Source of the DNA: an uncultured bacterium
GTDB taxonomy: Bacteria; Chloroflexota; UBA5177; JANWHV01
Length of the DNA stretch: 64,000 nt
Assembly (NCBI GenBank): GCA_963827235.1
Contig: CAWHAE010000012.1
Coordinates: forward strand, 1,088,001-1,152,000
Direction: 5' to 3'
Shown: one piece after another, positions 47,946-57,645 of the stretch
Layout of the letters: every line of letters starts with the position of its first letter
Numbering within the stretch: the first letter of the stretch is position 1
Made by a program: the position numbers and the translations under genes
Notes under the pieces: generated by a model
What the model saw: the letters and a program-made list of their open reading frames with translations, nothing else
What the model was told of the DNA's origin: nothing
Database searches by the model: none

Positions 47946-49397
47946 TCAATCAGCGGAGCCACGGCGCCAGGCATCCTGCTTCAGGGCGGCACGCGCCGCG
48001 TGATAGCCGCACATGCCGTGCACGCCTGCACCGGGAGGAGTCGCGGACGAGCAGATGAACAGTCCGCGCACAGGGGTGCCGTACGGGTGCAGGCGCAGCA
48101 AGGTTCGACCCAGAAGACCGCGCAGATCCTGCGCGCCGCCCGCGATGTCGCCGCCGATCAGATTGGCGTCCCAGCGCTCCAGCTCGGCGGGCCCCTGCAC
48201 GCGGCGCGCCAGGATCAGATCGTGGAAACCGGGCGCGAAGCGCTCGATCTGCGCCTCGATCCGATCCGTCATGTCGACCGTGGATCCGTTGGGCACGTGA
48301 CAGTAGGCCCACACGGTGTGCTTCCCGGCCGGGGCACGCGAGTTGTCGAAGAGCGAGTGCTGCGCCAGCAGCACGAACGGTCTCGCGGGGTGCCTGCCGG
48401 CCTCCACCTCGCGCTCCGCCGCGGCGATCTCGGCCAGCGTGCCCCCGAGGTGGACGGTGCCGGCCAGCCCGGCGGCGGCAGACTGCCAGGGCACGGGAGC
48501 GGATAGCGCGTAGTCGAGCTTGAAGACGCCGGGACCGTGCCGGTACCAGCGCAGTCTCTCGCGGAGCCGGGCCGGCAGCACGTCGCCAGCCAGGCGCTCG
48601 ACCTGGCGCGGCGTCAGGTCCAGCAGCACCGTGCGAGCAGGCGGCAACTCGCCGAGCGAGGCAATGCGTGCGCCGGTTACCAGCTCGCCGCCCAGGGACA
48701 CGAAGTGGCGAGCAAGCGCCGTCGAGAGGGCCTGCGTACCGCCTCGCACCAGCGGCCACCCGCTCGTGTGGGCCAGAGTAGCGAACAGAAGGGCGTAGCC
48801 GGCCGTAGTGGCCCGTTCCAGCGGCACTATAGCGTGTGCCGCCAGGCCTGCCATCAGGGCCCGCACCCTCTCGCCGCGGAACAGAGTCCAGCTCAGGTGG
48901 GTCGCGGGCCATATGCCGAGCAGCCCGAAGCGGGCCAGCGCCAGGGGATGGCGGGGAACGGCGAGCGGACCGAGCAGGCTGCCCTCCAGCTTCTTCCAAT
49001 CCGCTGCCAGGGAGCCGATCAGGCGGCGGTAGCGCCGCTCGTCCACGCCCAGTCCAGAGGCTGTCCGTTCCACCGACCGTTCCAGCAGCACCACCTGTCC
49101 GTCGTCGAGCGGGTGGGCCACGGCGGCGGGAGGCTGAATCCATTCGACGCCCAGGTCTGCCAGCGGGAGGTCGCGCAGGAAGGGAGAGGATACGGCCAGC
49201 GGCAGGATCGCGGCGCCCACGTCGTGCACGAAACCGGGCAGGGTGAGAGACGCGGAGCGGGCGGCGCCGCCCACGCCGTCCTCGGCCTCCAGGAGCAGCG
49301 TGGATCGGCCGGCCCGCGCCATCTCGATGGCGGCTGCCAGCCCGTTCGGTCCGGCGCCGACCACGACGGCGTCGTAGCGCGCCTGCGTCACCGGCAC
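47946..49397 (-). CDS. Phytoene desaturase-family NAD(P)/FAD-dependent oxidoreductase
   Basis: YDAVVVGAGPNGLAAA, LPGFVHD, RAPAGKHTVWAYCHVP, GGDIAGG, TPPGAGVHGMCG. Confidence 0.93.
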   Translation of the reverse strand: MPVTQARYDAVVVGAGPNGLAAAIEMARAGRSTLLLEAEDGVGGAARSASLTLPGFVHDVGAAILPLAVSSPFLRDLPLADLGVEWIQPPAAVAHPLDDGQVVLLERSVERTASGLGVDERRYRRLIGSLAADWKKLEGSLLGPLAVPRHPLALARFGLLGIWPATHLSWTLFRGERVRALMAGLAAHAIVPLERATTAGYALLFATLAHTSGWPLVRGGTQALSTALARHFVSLGGELVTGARIASLGELPPARTVLLDLTPRQVERLAGDVLPARLRERLRWYRHGPGVFKLDYALSAPVPWQSAAAGLAGTVHLGGTLAEIAAAEREVEAGRHPARPFVLLAQHSLFDNSRAPAGKHTVWAYCHVPNGSTVDMTDRIEAQIERFAPGFHDLILARRVQGPAELERWDANLIGGDIAGGAQDLRGLLGRTLLRLHPYGTPVRGLFICSSATPPGAGVHGMCGYHAARAALKQDAWRRGSAD

Positions 49398-49433
49398 GGT
49401 CCGCGGCGGCGAACGGGCCGGCAGGATTGCGCC

Positions 49434-50249
49434 CTAGAAATAGTCATTGAGGTACAGACCGCCGTCGAAGATCAGCACCTGGCCTGTGATCCAGCGCCCC
49501 TCGTCGGAGCACAGCCAGGAGATGAGCCTGGCCGCGTCCTCGGGCTCGCTCCAGCGCCCTTGCGGATGCCGGGCCGCCAGGGCGGCCACGTCCTCCACAC
49601 TCGCGTATCCGGTGTCGGTGGCGCCGGGGTTGATGCAGTTCACAGTGATCCCTTTGCGGATGAGAGCCCCGGCCATGCTGGCGGTCAACTGGTGCAGCGC
49701 CCCCTTGGACGCGACGTACGGCAGCTCGCCGGGCATGGGATGCACAGATTGGCCCGACGTGAAGGTGATCACCCTTCCCCCGGGTGAGCCGTCGTGCTGC
49801 GCCGCGAAGGCCTGCACGAGCAGCAGCGTGGCACGGCGTTGACCGCGAAGCAGCGGTCGAGCTCCTCGGCCGTGAGCGACTCGAGATCCTCGGCCGTGAG
49901 CGACTCGAGATCCTTGGAGGCGCTGCGTGCGTGGTTGGCGATCAGGATATCCACGCGCCCAAAGGCGTCGCGCGCGGCCTGTATCACGGCCTAGGGTGCG
50001 TCCCGATCGGCGAAGTCGGCGGCGAGGTGCGCGAAGCGCGGAGGGGACGCCCGCGCGCAGGGCATTCACGATCCCCTCAGGAGAGAGTGGATCGGCGCCC
50101 CATGGCTGCTCGGCGTCGTGCGGGGCCCAGGACTGCAGGAAGACAGCGGCGCCGTCCTCGGCCAGGCGACGCGCAATGGCGTAGCCTATCCCGATGCGGC
50201 GGCTGACGCCGGTCACCACGGCAACGCGGCCTACCAGTCCAGCACCCAT
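49434..50249 (-). pseudogene. Short-chain dehydrogenase/reductase with two frameshifts and a 24-bp duplication
   Basis: VVTGVSRRIGIG; the middle (FGRVDILIANHA) is in another frame between about 50040 and 49830; YVASKGAL, NCINPGATDT, WITGQV. Confidence 0.85.
49863..49910. repeat. 24-bp tandem duplication in the SDR (DLESLTAE x2)
   Basis: tcctcggccgtgagcgactcgaga x2. Confidence 0.9.
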
Positions 50250-50322
50250 CGCCGGCTATCCTCTCGACGAACAGCGCCCGCGGGGCACACCACGCAAGCA
50301 CGCAGAGTCAAAGATACCGTCT

Positions 50323-50562
50323 TCACCGCGCGTCCTCGGGCATGAGCACGCGACACACGAGTTCGAACTCGTACGCCTCATCCGCGGTCATGTAGAAGAC
50401 GCAACGCGTATCCTGCTCGACCGTGCTCAGAGGCTGCCCGGTATGGCGAGCGAGGATCTCGTTGACCCGCCGGACCGGTCGCAGGATCGGGCGCGACTGG
50501 ATCTCGATGTCCGGAGTGGCACTTTGAAAGCCCGCGGAGCCCAGATGAACCTGGCAGCCTGA
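50323..50562 (-). pseudogene. clpP: ClpP protease C-terminal remnant (not in the ORF track)
   Basis: Manual translation VHLGSAGFQSATPDIEIQSRPILRPVRRVNEILARHTGQPLSTVEQDTRCVFYMTADEAYEFELVCRVL; no start codon. Confidence 0.85.
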
Positions 50563-51171
50563 TTACCGGCGCGGCGCCCCTCCCCAGCCGAAGTGGGCGA
50601 GCGTCTCGCGTCCGCTCGGCAGGGCCATGGCCACGAGCATGATCTTGGCGAGATCGCCGGGCACATAGGGCCACAGACCGAGGTCCTCCGCGCGGCCGGG
50701 TCCGGTGTGCAGGAACACGGCCAGCCAGGCGACGCCGCCCAGGAACACCAGGGCGTCGGCGAGCAACAGGGCCAGGAGGACCGGCACGACGCGGTAGGAC
50801 CCACGCATGCGGTCGGTCGCGGCGCCGGCCGCGAATGCGGCCGCGGGAAAGGCCCACAGGTAACCGGCGGTGACCCCGGCCAGCACGGCGGGACCGCTCG
50901 TGCCCCCGGCGAAGACCGGAAGGCCGGCGGCGCCCTCCACGAGGTAGCAGAGCATGGCAAGCACACCGGCTCGCGGGCCGAGCACGGCGCCGGTAAGCAG
51001 AACGGCCAGGGTTTGCCCGGTAACCGGTACCGGGCTGAACGGCAACATGATGCTGATCTGCGCGCCGATGGCGGTGAACAGGCTGCCGGCCAGGGCGAGC
51101 GTGACGAGCGTCAGGACGCCTGTCCGCGGAAACCGATTCCTGATCAGAACGGGGGTGAGCGTCCTGGGCAT
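50563..51171 (-). CDS. bioY: Biotin transporter S-component BioY
   Basis: PFSPVPVTGQTLAVLLTGAVLG...GLPVFAGG...TAGYLWAF...PGDLAK; AAGGAG RBS. Confidence 0.93.
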   Translation of the reverse strand: MPRTLTPVLIRNRFPRTGVLTLVTLALAGSLFTAIGAQISIMLPFSPVPVTGQTLAVLLTGAVLGPRAGVLAMLCYLVEGAAGLPVFAGGTSGPAVLAGVTAGYLWAFPAAAFAAGAATDRMRGSYRVVPVLLALLLADALVFLGGVAWLAVFLHTGPGRAEDLGLWPYVPGDLAKIMLVAMALPSGRETLAHFGWGGAPRR

Positions 51172-51339
51172 AGTCGCAATTCTCTCCTTCGTACGAGCGT
51201 GGTGCCAGAGCCCGGCATGCCTGCACCGGGTGCGGGCTTGCCATTTGCCAGCATAGCGGATCATCGTGCCGCGACACGCCCCGAGGCGTCTTCAGTTGAG
51301 CGCGGTCGTCGGCTGCTCGGCCTCGAGCGGCTGGGCATG

Positions 51340-52617
51340 TCAGCGCTTCTCGCCTGCCGGCGTCGCCACCGTGCCGGCGGGCGCGTGCGTGTGATAGTGC
51401 GCGTCCTCCTCGTCAATCGGCTCGGGATCTCTGATACCCAGGCTCACCGCGCCACACACCAGAGCCAGCACGCCCGCGGTTACCAGAAACACCGAGCGAA
51501 TGCCCAGCGTGCTGGCGATCGTGCTGCCGCCTACCTGGCCGAGCGCCTGCCCGGCGGCATTGGCGCCCGCGCTCAAGCCGATGGTGGCCCCGCGCCATTC
51601 GGCCGGCGTGCCGAGGCTCATCATGGTAGTGGAGGTGGCAAGCATGCCGCCCAGCGCAAGGCCTTCCAGGCCGCGCAAGACATAGAGCTGGTTGATGCTG
51701 GTGGCGAAGGACTGCGGCACGTTGAGCAGCGCCGCCGACATGGTGGCGCCGATCAGGACGATGCGGAAGCGCCGGCGGCGATCCAGCAGCCGCCCTGCCG
51801 CCACGGCAGTGATGGCACTGCAAATACCGGCAATGGAGAAGACGTTGCCGGCAAGGGCCGCGGCGTTATTGGATGTGGCGCCGAGGTCCTGGACAAACAC
51901 CGGCAGGATGGGCGCCACGATCTGGCCGCCAAACTGCACGGCGCAGACCACCATGATGATCAGGGCCAACTGGCGGTTGCCGAGGATGGAACGCACGTCG
52001 CCGCGCAGGCTGCGTCTCACCTGGTCCTGTCGCTCCTTCACGGGCGTGAATTGCTCCTCGACCAGAAATGTGACCAGCACGGCAGCGGTCGCCAGAAAGG
52101 CAGAGGCGACGAAGAACGTGGTGCGGAACCCCACGTGGACGACGAGCTGCCCGCCTACCAACGGTCCGATGGAGGCGCCCGTGAACAGCGCCGTCTGCAT
52201 AGCGCCCATGGCCAACCCCAGCCGCTCCCGAGGCACCGACGAGGCGACGAGGGCCTGCGAGGCAGCTACGCTGCCGGTCAGCATGCCTTGCACGATGCGC
52301 AGGACGAGCAGCTCCGGAGGATTCTGCACGACGGTCATCAGGAACACGATAACCGCTCCGGATGCCATGGCGCGCACCACCATCATCTTCCGGCCGTAGC
52401 GGTCGGCAACCGATCCCCAGAGCGGGGCGAAAATGGTCATGGCCACCGTCGTGCCGGCGAAGAGTACGCCGGACCAGAGCAGGAGCGCATGCCGGTTGTG
52501 CACGCCCAGGTGCTGGACGTAGAGCGCAAGAAAGGGGTTGACGAAGTTGAAGCCTATTATGGCGAGAATCTGGGCCGTCCAGCTAACCCAGAGCACGCGC
52601 TGCCACGACCTGCCCAT
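51340..52617 (-). CDS. MFS transporter (DHA1/MdtG-like)
   Basis: PLWGSVADRYGRKMMVVRA motif A; about 12 TM helices; GASIGPLVGG. Confidence 0.93.
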   Translation of the reverse strand: MGRSWQRVLWVSWTAQILAIIGFNFVNPFLALYVQHLGVHNRHALLLWSGVLFAGTTVAMTIFAPLWGSVADRYGRKMMVVRAMASGAVIVFLMTVVQNPPELLVLRIVQGMLTGSVAASQALVASSVPRERLGLAMGAMQTALFTGASIGPLVGGQLVVHVGFRTTFFVASAFLATAAVLVTFLVEEQFTPVKERQDQVRRSLRGDVRSILGNRQLALIIMVVCAVQFGGQIVAPILPVFVQDLGATSNNAAALAGNVFSIAGICSAITAVAAGRLLDRRRRFRIVLIGATMSAALLNVPQSFATSINQLYVLRGLEGLALGGMLATSTTMMSLGTPAEWRGATIGLSAGANAAGQALGQVGGSTIASTLGIRSVFLVTAGVLALVCGAVSLGIRDPEPIDEEDAHYHTHAPAGTVATPAGEKR

Positions 52618-53080
52618 CGTTCCAGTGTACTCGCCGGTGTGGTTGGCCGGCGTGCTGGCCGCCTCTCGGGCCTACCTGGGCATTGTGACGCAGCGGCCTA
52701 TCGTCTCGCGACGATGGAAGGCATGTCCAGAGGCGCTCGAGACGATCGCGGTCCCAGGATCGGCGGACCGAAACGCCGGATCACAGATTCTGGTCCGCCC
52801 CGCCAGTCCCCCACTTCACCGGTTCCCATATGTGATCAGCGATCCAGGGCTACAGTCCAGGACGACCCAGGATGGAGGGAGGCGGGCACGGAGATGCTGC
52901 TCGCACGAAGTGCGGACTCCTCGATGACAGGTAGTGGAGCGCGCCAATCATCCGCTGGAACGGGCCTGCCGTGCCATGAATAGCTCAGAGCGCTGGAAGC
53001 GCGCCGATCGGCCCGGAACGCTCGAAAAGACGTGCCGCCAACCCGGTAGCGCCGAGAGGTGCCTCAGTCTGGTAAGCCTA

Positions 53081-53110
53081 TTGACGAGTCTGATTCCAAT
53101 CTGGAATAAT
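53081..53110 (+). promoter_or_regulatory. Putative promoter with overlapping ATTCCA-N3-TGGAAT inverted repeat
   Basis: TTGACG at 53081-53086, AATAAT at 53105-53110, inverted repeat at 53093-53107. Confidence 0.45.
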
Positions 53111-53160
53111 CCGCAAGGCGCCCCGAGTTATGTCGCGCCGGAAACTCACGCGCCCTGGAG

Positions 53161-56100
53161 TTGTGGACAGCGGCCCGCCCAGCAAGAGACCCGACAGCGG
53201 GCCGCAGGAATCGGAGTTGCCACGCGAAATCGTTGCGCTGGTGCCTGCCCGCGTGCCTGATCTGCTCACTGGTTTTGCCCGGCAACCCGGCCCGTGCCGT
53301 GTCCTCCTCCCGGGGCTCGCACGGCCCGGCGGTCTCGACCGCCGCCACCGGTGCTCCGGCTCTGCCTGCTTCCTTATCATCCCTTACCCGTGCGCGACAT
53401 GCCCCGCGCGCCTCGGCCGCACCACGACACTCCGGCCGGCAGAGCGCAGAGGCCTCGCTCTCGAGCTCGGCCGCCGGGCAGGCGCCGCGAGGCGGCCAGT
53501 CCCTGTCCGCGCCGAGCGCTGCCCCGCGGCGCAACGTGGCCGAGAGCCGGCCCGCCTTGCAGCGCGGGGGTTCATCCGCTTCCTGCACCGTGACGAGCTC
53601 AGCCGACGACGGAGGCGTCGCCACGCTGCGCTCTCTCGTCGCGTCGTGCGACTCTGTCGCGTTCGCGGCCGGACTGGCAAACTCTACCATTTCACTGGAT
53701 AGTTCCAGGGGCGTGATGAGCATTGCTGCCGGGCGTAGCGTGACCGTCGACGGCAGCGCCGCGGCGACGGTCACCATACGGGGCATCAGCAGCCCGAGCA
53801 CGGCCATCTTCGCGGTCGCCGCTGGCAGCACTCTTTCACTCAGCAGTCTCAAGCTGACCGGCGCCACCGCCGGCGCTATCAACAATGCCGGTTCGCTCAC
53901 CCTCACCAGCGTCACTCTCGACAATAACAGCAACGCCAGCGACGGCGGCGCCATCGTCAATACCGGCAGCGCGAACATCCAGAACTCCGTGCTCAGTGAC
54001 AACAACAGCAGCGACAACGGCGGCGCCATCGCCAACGACGGCGGCTCGACCGCGGCTACCCTCACCCTTGAGAACACCACCGTAGAGAACAACAACGCCG
54101 CCTACGATGGCGGCGGTATCTACAACGACTCCGGTGGCCCCATCACCACGCTCAGCATCGAGGGCTGTACCTTCACGGGGAACACGAGCCACAACAGCTC
54201 GAGCGGCGCGGACTTCTCCGGCGGCGTCGTCGCCAACCTGGGCGGCAACGACGACGATGAGCTAGGGACCGTCGTCGTCAACGTCACGGGTGCCACCACC
54301 ATGAGCGGCAACAGCGCCCGCGAGGGCGGCGCTATCTACAACAGTGGCGAGGGCGGCATCGCCACGGTCTCCCTGGACAGCGGCGGCAGCCTGAGCCAGA
54401 ACAGCGCTACCCAGTCCGGCTTCGGCGGTGCCCTCTACAACGACGCCGACGACGGCACGGCCACGGTCGCCATGACCGGCACCAGCGTGACCTCCAACAC
54501 CTCCACCGGGGGCGGGGGCGGCATCTATAACGCGCGTGGCGGTCATGTCTCCGTCGACGGCGGCTCCCTGGCAAGCAACCAGTCCGAGGGCACTTCGCCG
54601 GGCGGCGGCGGCGCCATCTACAACGACGGTGAGGGGGGCACGGTTACGAGCCCCTCCAGCTTCGTGCTCACCGGCGTGAGCGTGAGCGGCAACACCTCCG
54701 GCCAGCACAACGGCGGCGCCATCTACAACAACGCCGATTACGGCGTCGCCGACGTGCATGACAGCGGCAGCATCTTCACCGCCAATGCCGCCGGCAACAC
54801 CAGCTACAACGAGTACGGCGGCGCCATCGACAACGACGGCCACCAGGGCACTGCCTCGGTCAGGCTGATCGGCGACACGTTCGGCAGCACCACCACCGCG
54901 GACCAGAACAGCGCCACCGAGGACGGCGGCGCCGTCTACAACGACGGCAATGCCGGCTCGGCGAGCATCACGACCACCGGCTCGAGCTTCCCCGGCAACA
55001 GGGCCGGGGGCGACGGCGGCGCCATCGTCAACGCCGGAGACAGCGGCACCGCGACGGCCACCATCCAGGGCGGCGCCATCAGCCATAGCACGTCCGGCTC
55101 GAACGGCGGCGCCATTGCCAACGAGGGCGACGACGGCACCGCCACCATGACCATCGACGCCACCGCGATCAGCAACAACTCCACCGCAACCGACGGGGGC
55201 GCAGGTGGCGCCATCCGCAACTGGGGCGATGGCGGCAGCGCCTCCCTCACCATCCAGGACGGCGTCAACATCACCCAGAATGTCGCGGACGCCGGTGCCG
55301 GGATCTACAACCAGGGCGACTTCGGCTCTGCCAGGCTCACGGTCACGGACAGCACGCTGAGCAACAATACGGCCACGGATGGCGCGGGCGCCATACTCAA
55401 CGATGCTGGAGGCAGCGACTCCCACACGTCCACGGCCGCCGTCTCGCTCTCCGGCGCCATCCTGACGGGAAACTCGGGCACCTTCGGCGGCGCCATCGTT
55501 AACGCCGGCGACTATGCCACCGCCACGATCGCCATGACGAACACCGTCTTGAGCGGCAACTCGGGCACCGACGGGGGCGGCGCGCTGGTCAACGACAGCA
55601 AGAACGGCACCGCGAACGTCTCCATCCTTGCCAGCACGCTGAACGGCAACTCATCTGCCGGCATTAGCGGGGAGAGCGGCGGCACCGGCGGCGCACTCCT
55701 CAACATGGGCGACGAGGGCACGGCTACCATCACCGTCGCCAACAGCACGCTCTATGGCAACTCCGCTCTCACAGGCGGCGCCGCGTACAACGCCGGCTCC
55801 TGCCCGCCGATCCTGGGCTCACGCTCCGGGGGTACGGCCACGCTCGTCATCGGCAACTCGACCCTCGACGCCAACACGGCCTCCTTGGCCGGCGGCGGCC
55901 TCTATAATCTCACCACGAACGGCACTGCCCTCCTCGCCGTGCACAGCACCATCCTGGCGGATGATGCCTCAGCCGAGTGCGCCGGCACCGCCGCCCTGCT
56001 CGACGACGGCTACAACCTGGCCCTCGCCTCCACAGACGGCTGTGCCCTCGATACCTCCGCCTCCACCGCCGACGCCTTCGGCAGCGCCGGCTTCGACGCC

Positions 56101-57237
56101 GCTGGGCTGGCAGGCAACGGCGGGTCCACCCAGACCGTCGCCATCGACAGCGGCAGCAACGCCATCGAGCACGGCGACTGCGGCCTCTATCACGGCACCA
56201 CCAGCAACGTGACCTATGCCGCCCTGGCCACCGACCAGCGCGGCACCGCCCGCAACACCCCCTGCGACGTGGGCGCCTACGAGTTCACCGGCACCCGCCC
56301 CGCCACGGCCACCGGCACCGCGAGCCCGACGCCGGCAGTGACCAGCATCGCCACCGCGACGGCTACCACGGCAGCCGGCAGCGGCGGCGGCTCGGGCGAG
56401 TACGTGGCACCTACCTCCACCCCCTGGCCCAGCGCGACCGGCACCGCCACGGCCACCTCAGCGCCATCCGCCGTCGCCTCCGACTCGCCCACGCCCGTCT
56501 GGACCAGCACCGTGCCCGCCACCCCGGAGGCCACTGCCACGGCCTGGCTGCTCGCCGGTGCCCCAGCCATGGCCGCCGTGCTCAGCGGCACCGTCCAGCT
56601 CACGCTCCGCTCCGAGACCGATGCCGTCGCCCCCGGCCAGCCCTTCACCCTCACCGCCAGCCTCGAGTCCTATGCCGGCTCGCCCGCGGGCGGCGTCACC
56701 CTGATGGACGGCACCACCGCCCTCGGCTCCGCGACCCTCGCCGCCGGCCCCGCCACCTTCAGCATCAGCACTCACCTGCTCGGCGTCCACCGATACTGGG
56801 CCGTCTACCGGGGCACCAACGGCGCCAGGGTCGCCACCACGCCGATCGCCGTCACCGTCGGTAGCGTGACGCCCACCCTGCAGGTCAGCAACCAGAAGCA
56901 CACCGTGGTCGGCGGTCGCACCGCCGCCTGCGACCCGGCACCCAGCTCCGGCATTCCCACCCAGGCCGGCTGTGAGCTGGTCCTGGCCGACTGGTTGCCG
57001 GGCGCCGCGGTCGTCTACACGCTCAGCTACGCCGACGGTAGCCGCCAGACCTTCACCGGTAGCACCGACGCCGCCGGTCACGCCCAGCAGGTCTTCGCCG
57101 TGGCCTACCAGCCGCCCGTCCACGCCAAGCACGGCCAGCCGGTGACGCGCGCCTGGATCAGCGTCGTGGCCACCGCGGCCGACGGCAAGCAGGCCAAGTC
57201 CTACTGCCTGCGCTTCGCCGTCCTGCGTCAGTCCTGA
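53161..57237 (+). CDS. Large secreted right-handed beta-helix protein (GGAIxN repeats, choice-of-anchor-Q-like), Thr/Pro linker and Ig-like domains
   Basis: About 20 GG(A/G)(I/L/V)xN-type repeats; LAGNGGSTQT...TDQRG...CDVGAYE; VTLMDGTTALGSATL (Big_3-like); start uncertain. Confidence 0.88.
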   Translation: MWTAARPARDPTAGRRNRSCHAKSLRWCLPACLICSLVLPGNPARAVSSSRGSHGPAVSTAATGAPALPASLSSLTRARHAPRASAAPRHSGRQSAEASLSSSAAGQAPRGGQSLSAPSAAPRRNVAESRPALQRGGSSASCTVTSSADDGGVATLRSLVASCDSVAFAAGLANSTISLDSSRGVMSIAAGRSVTVDGSAAATVTIRGISSPSTAIFAVAAGSTLSLSSLKLTGATAGAINNAGSLTLTSVTLDNNSNASDGGAIVNTGSANIQNSVLSDNNSSDNGGAIANDGGSTAATLTLENTTVENNNAAYDGGGIYNDSGGPITTLSIEGCTFTGNTSHNSSSGADFSGGVVANLGGNDDDELGTVVVNVTGATTMSGNSAREGGAIYNSGEGGIATVSLDSGGSLSQNSATQSGFGGALYNDADDGTATVAMTGTSVTSNTSTGGGGGIYNARGGHVSVDGGSLASNQSEGTSPGGGGAIYNDGEGGTVTSPSSFVLTGVSVSGNTSGQHNGGAIYNNADYGVADVHDSGSIFTANAAGNTSYNEYGGAIDNDGHQGTASVRLIGDTFGSTTTADQNSATEDGGAVYNDGNAGSASITTTGSSFPGNRAGGDGGAIVNAGDSGTATATIQGGAISHSTSGSNGGAIANEGDDGTATMTIDATAISNNSTATDGGAGGAIRNWGDGGSASLTIQDGVNITQNVADAGAGIYNQGDFGSARLTVTDSTLSNNTATDGAGAILNDAGGSDSHTSTAAVSLSGAILTGNSGTFGGAIVNAGDYATATIAMTNTVLSGNSGTDGGGALVNDSKNGTANVSILASTLNGNSSAGISGESGGTGGALLNMGDEGTATITVANSTLYGNSALTGGAAYNAGSCPPILGSRSGGTATLVIGNSTLDANTASLAGGGLYNLTTNGTALLAVHSTILADDASAECAGTAALLDDGYNLALASTDGCALDTSASTADAFGSAGFDAAGLAGNGGSTQTVAIDSGSNAIEHGDCGLYHGTTSNVTYAALATDQRGTARNTPCDVGAYEFTGTRPATATGTASPTPAVTSIATATATTAAGSGGGSGEYVAPTSTPWPSATGTATATSAPSAVASDSPTPVWTSTVPATPEATATAWLLAGAPAMAAVLSGTVQLTLRSETDAVAPGQPFTLTASLESYAGSPAGGVTLMDGTTALGSATLAAGPATFSISTHLLGVHRYWAVYRGTNGARVATTPIAVTVGSVTPTLQVSNQKHTVVGGRTAACDPAPSSGIPTQAGCELVLADWLPGAAVVYTLSYADGSRQTFTGSTDAAGHAQQVFAVAYQPPVHAKHGQPVTRAWISVVATAADGKQAKSYCLRFAVLRQS

Positions 57238-57645
57238 AAGGCGCGGACACGGCTTGCCCGCAATCGTTCTCCGCCGTAGCGGCCCGGTTTGCGACCGGGC
57301 CGCTACGGACGGGAGGATAAGCCGCACCGCGCGGACTGCTCGACCACGACCGGTGTGTGCCGGTGATCCATCGCTCCGGCTTCTCCGGGCCGCCGGTTCC
57401 ACGCGGGCTCGTCGACTCCGGCGTCGACCACGGTGACGTCTCCATGCGCAGTAATCTCGCGCTCCATTATGATCAGTGCAGTGAGTGCTGCGCGAGCGGC
57501 GCGGTCGCCGAGCCACGCGGCGCGCCTCGCGTGAGGAAGCAGACCTGGGAATCGCGGCATACGTCCGCGTGACCCTCCCCACGGTATGTGCACGGCCGTT
57601 AGCGCTTGCAGGCACCACCGGTAGCCCGAGAGGTAGTGACGGAGC

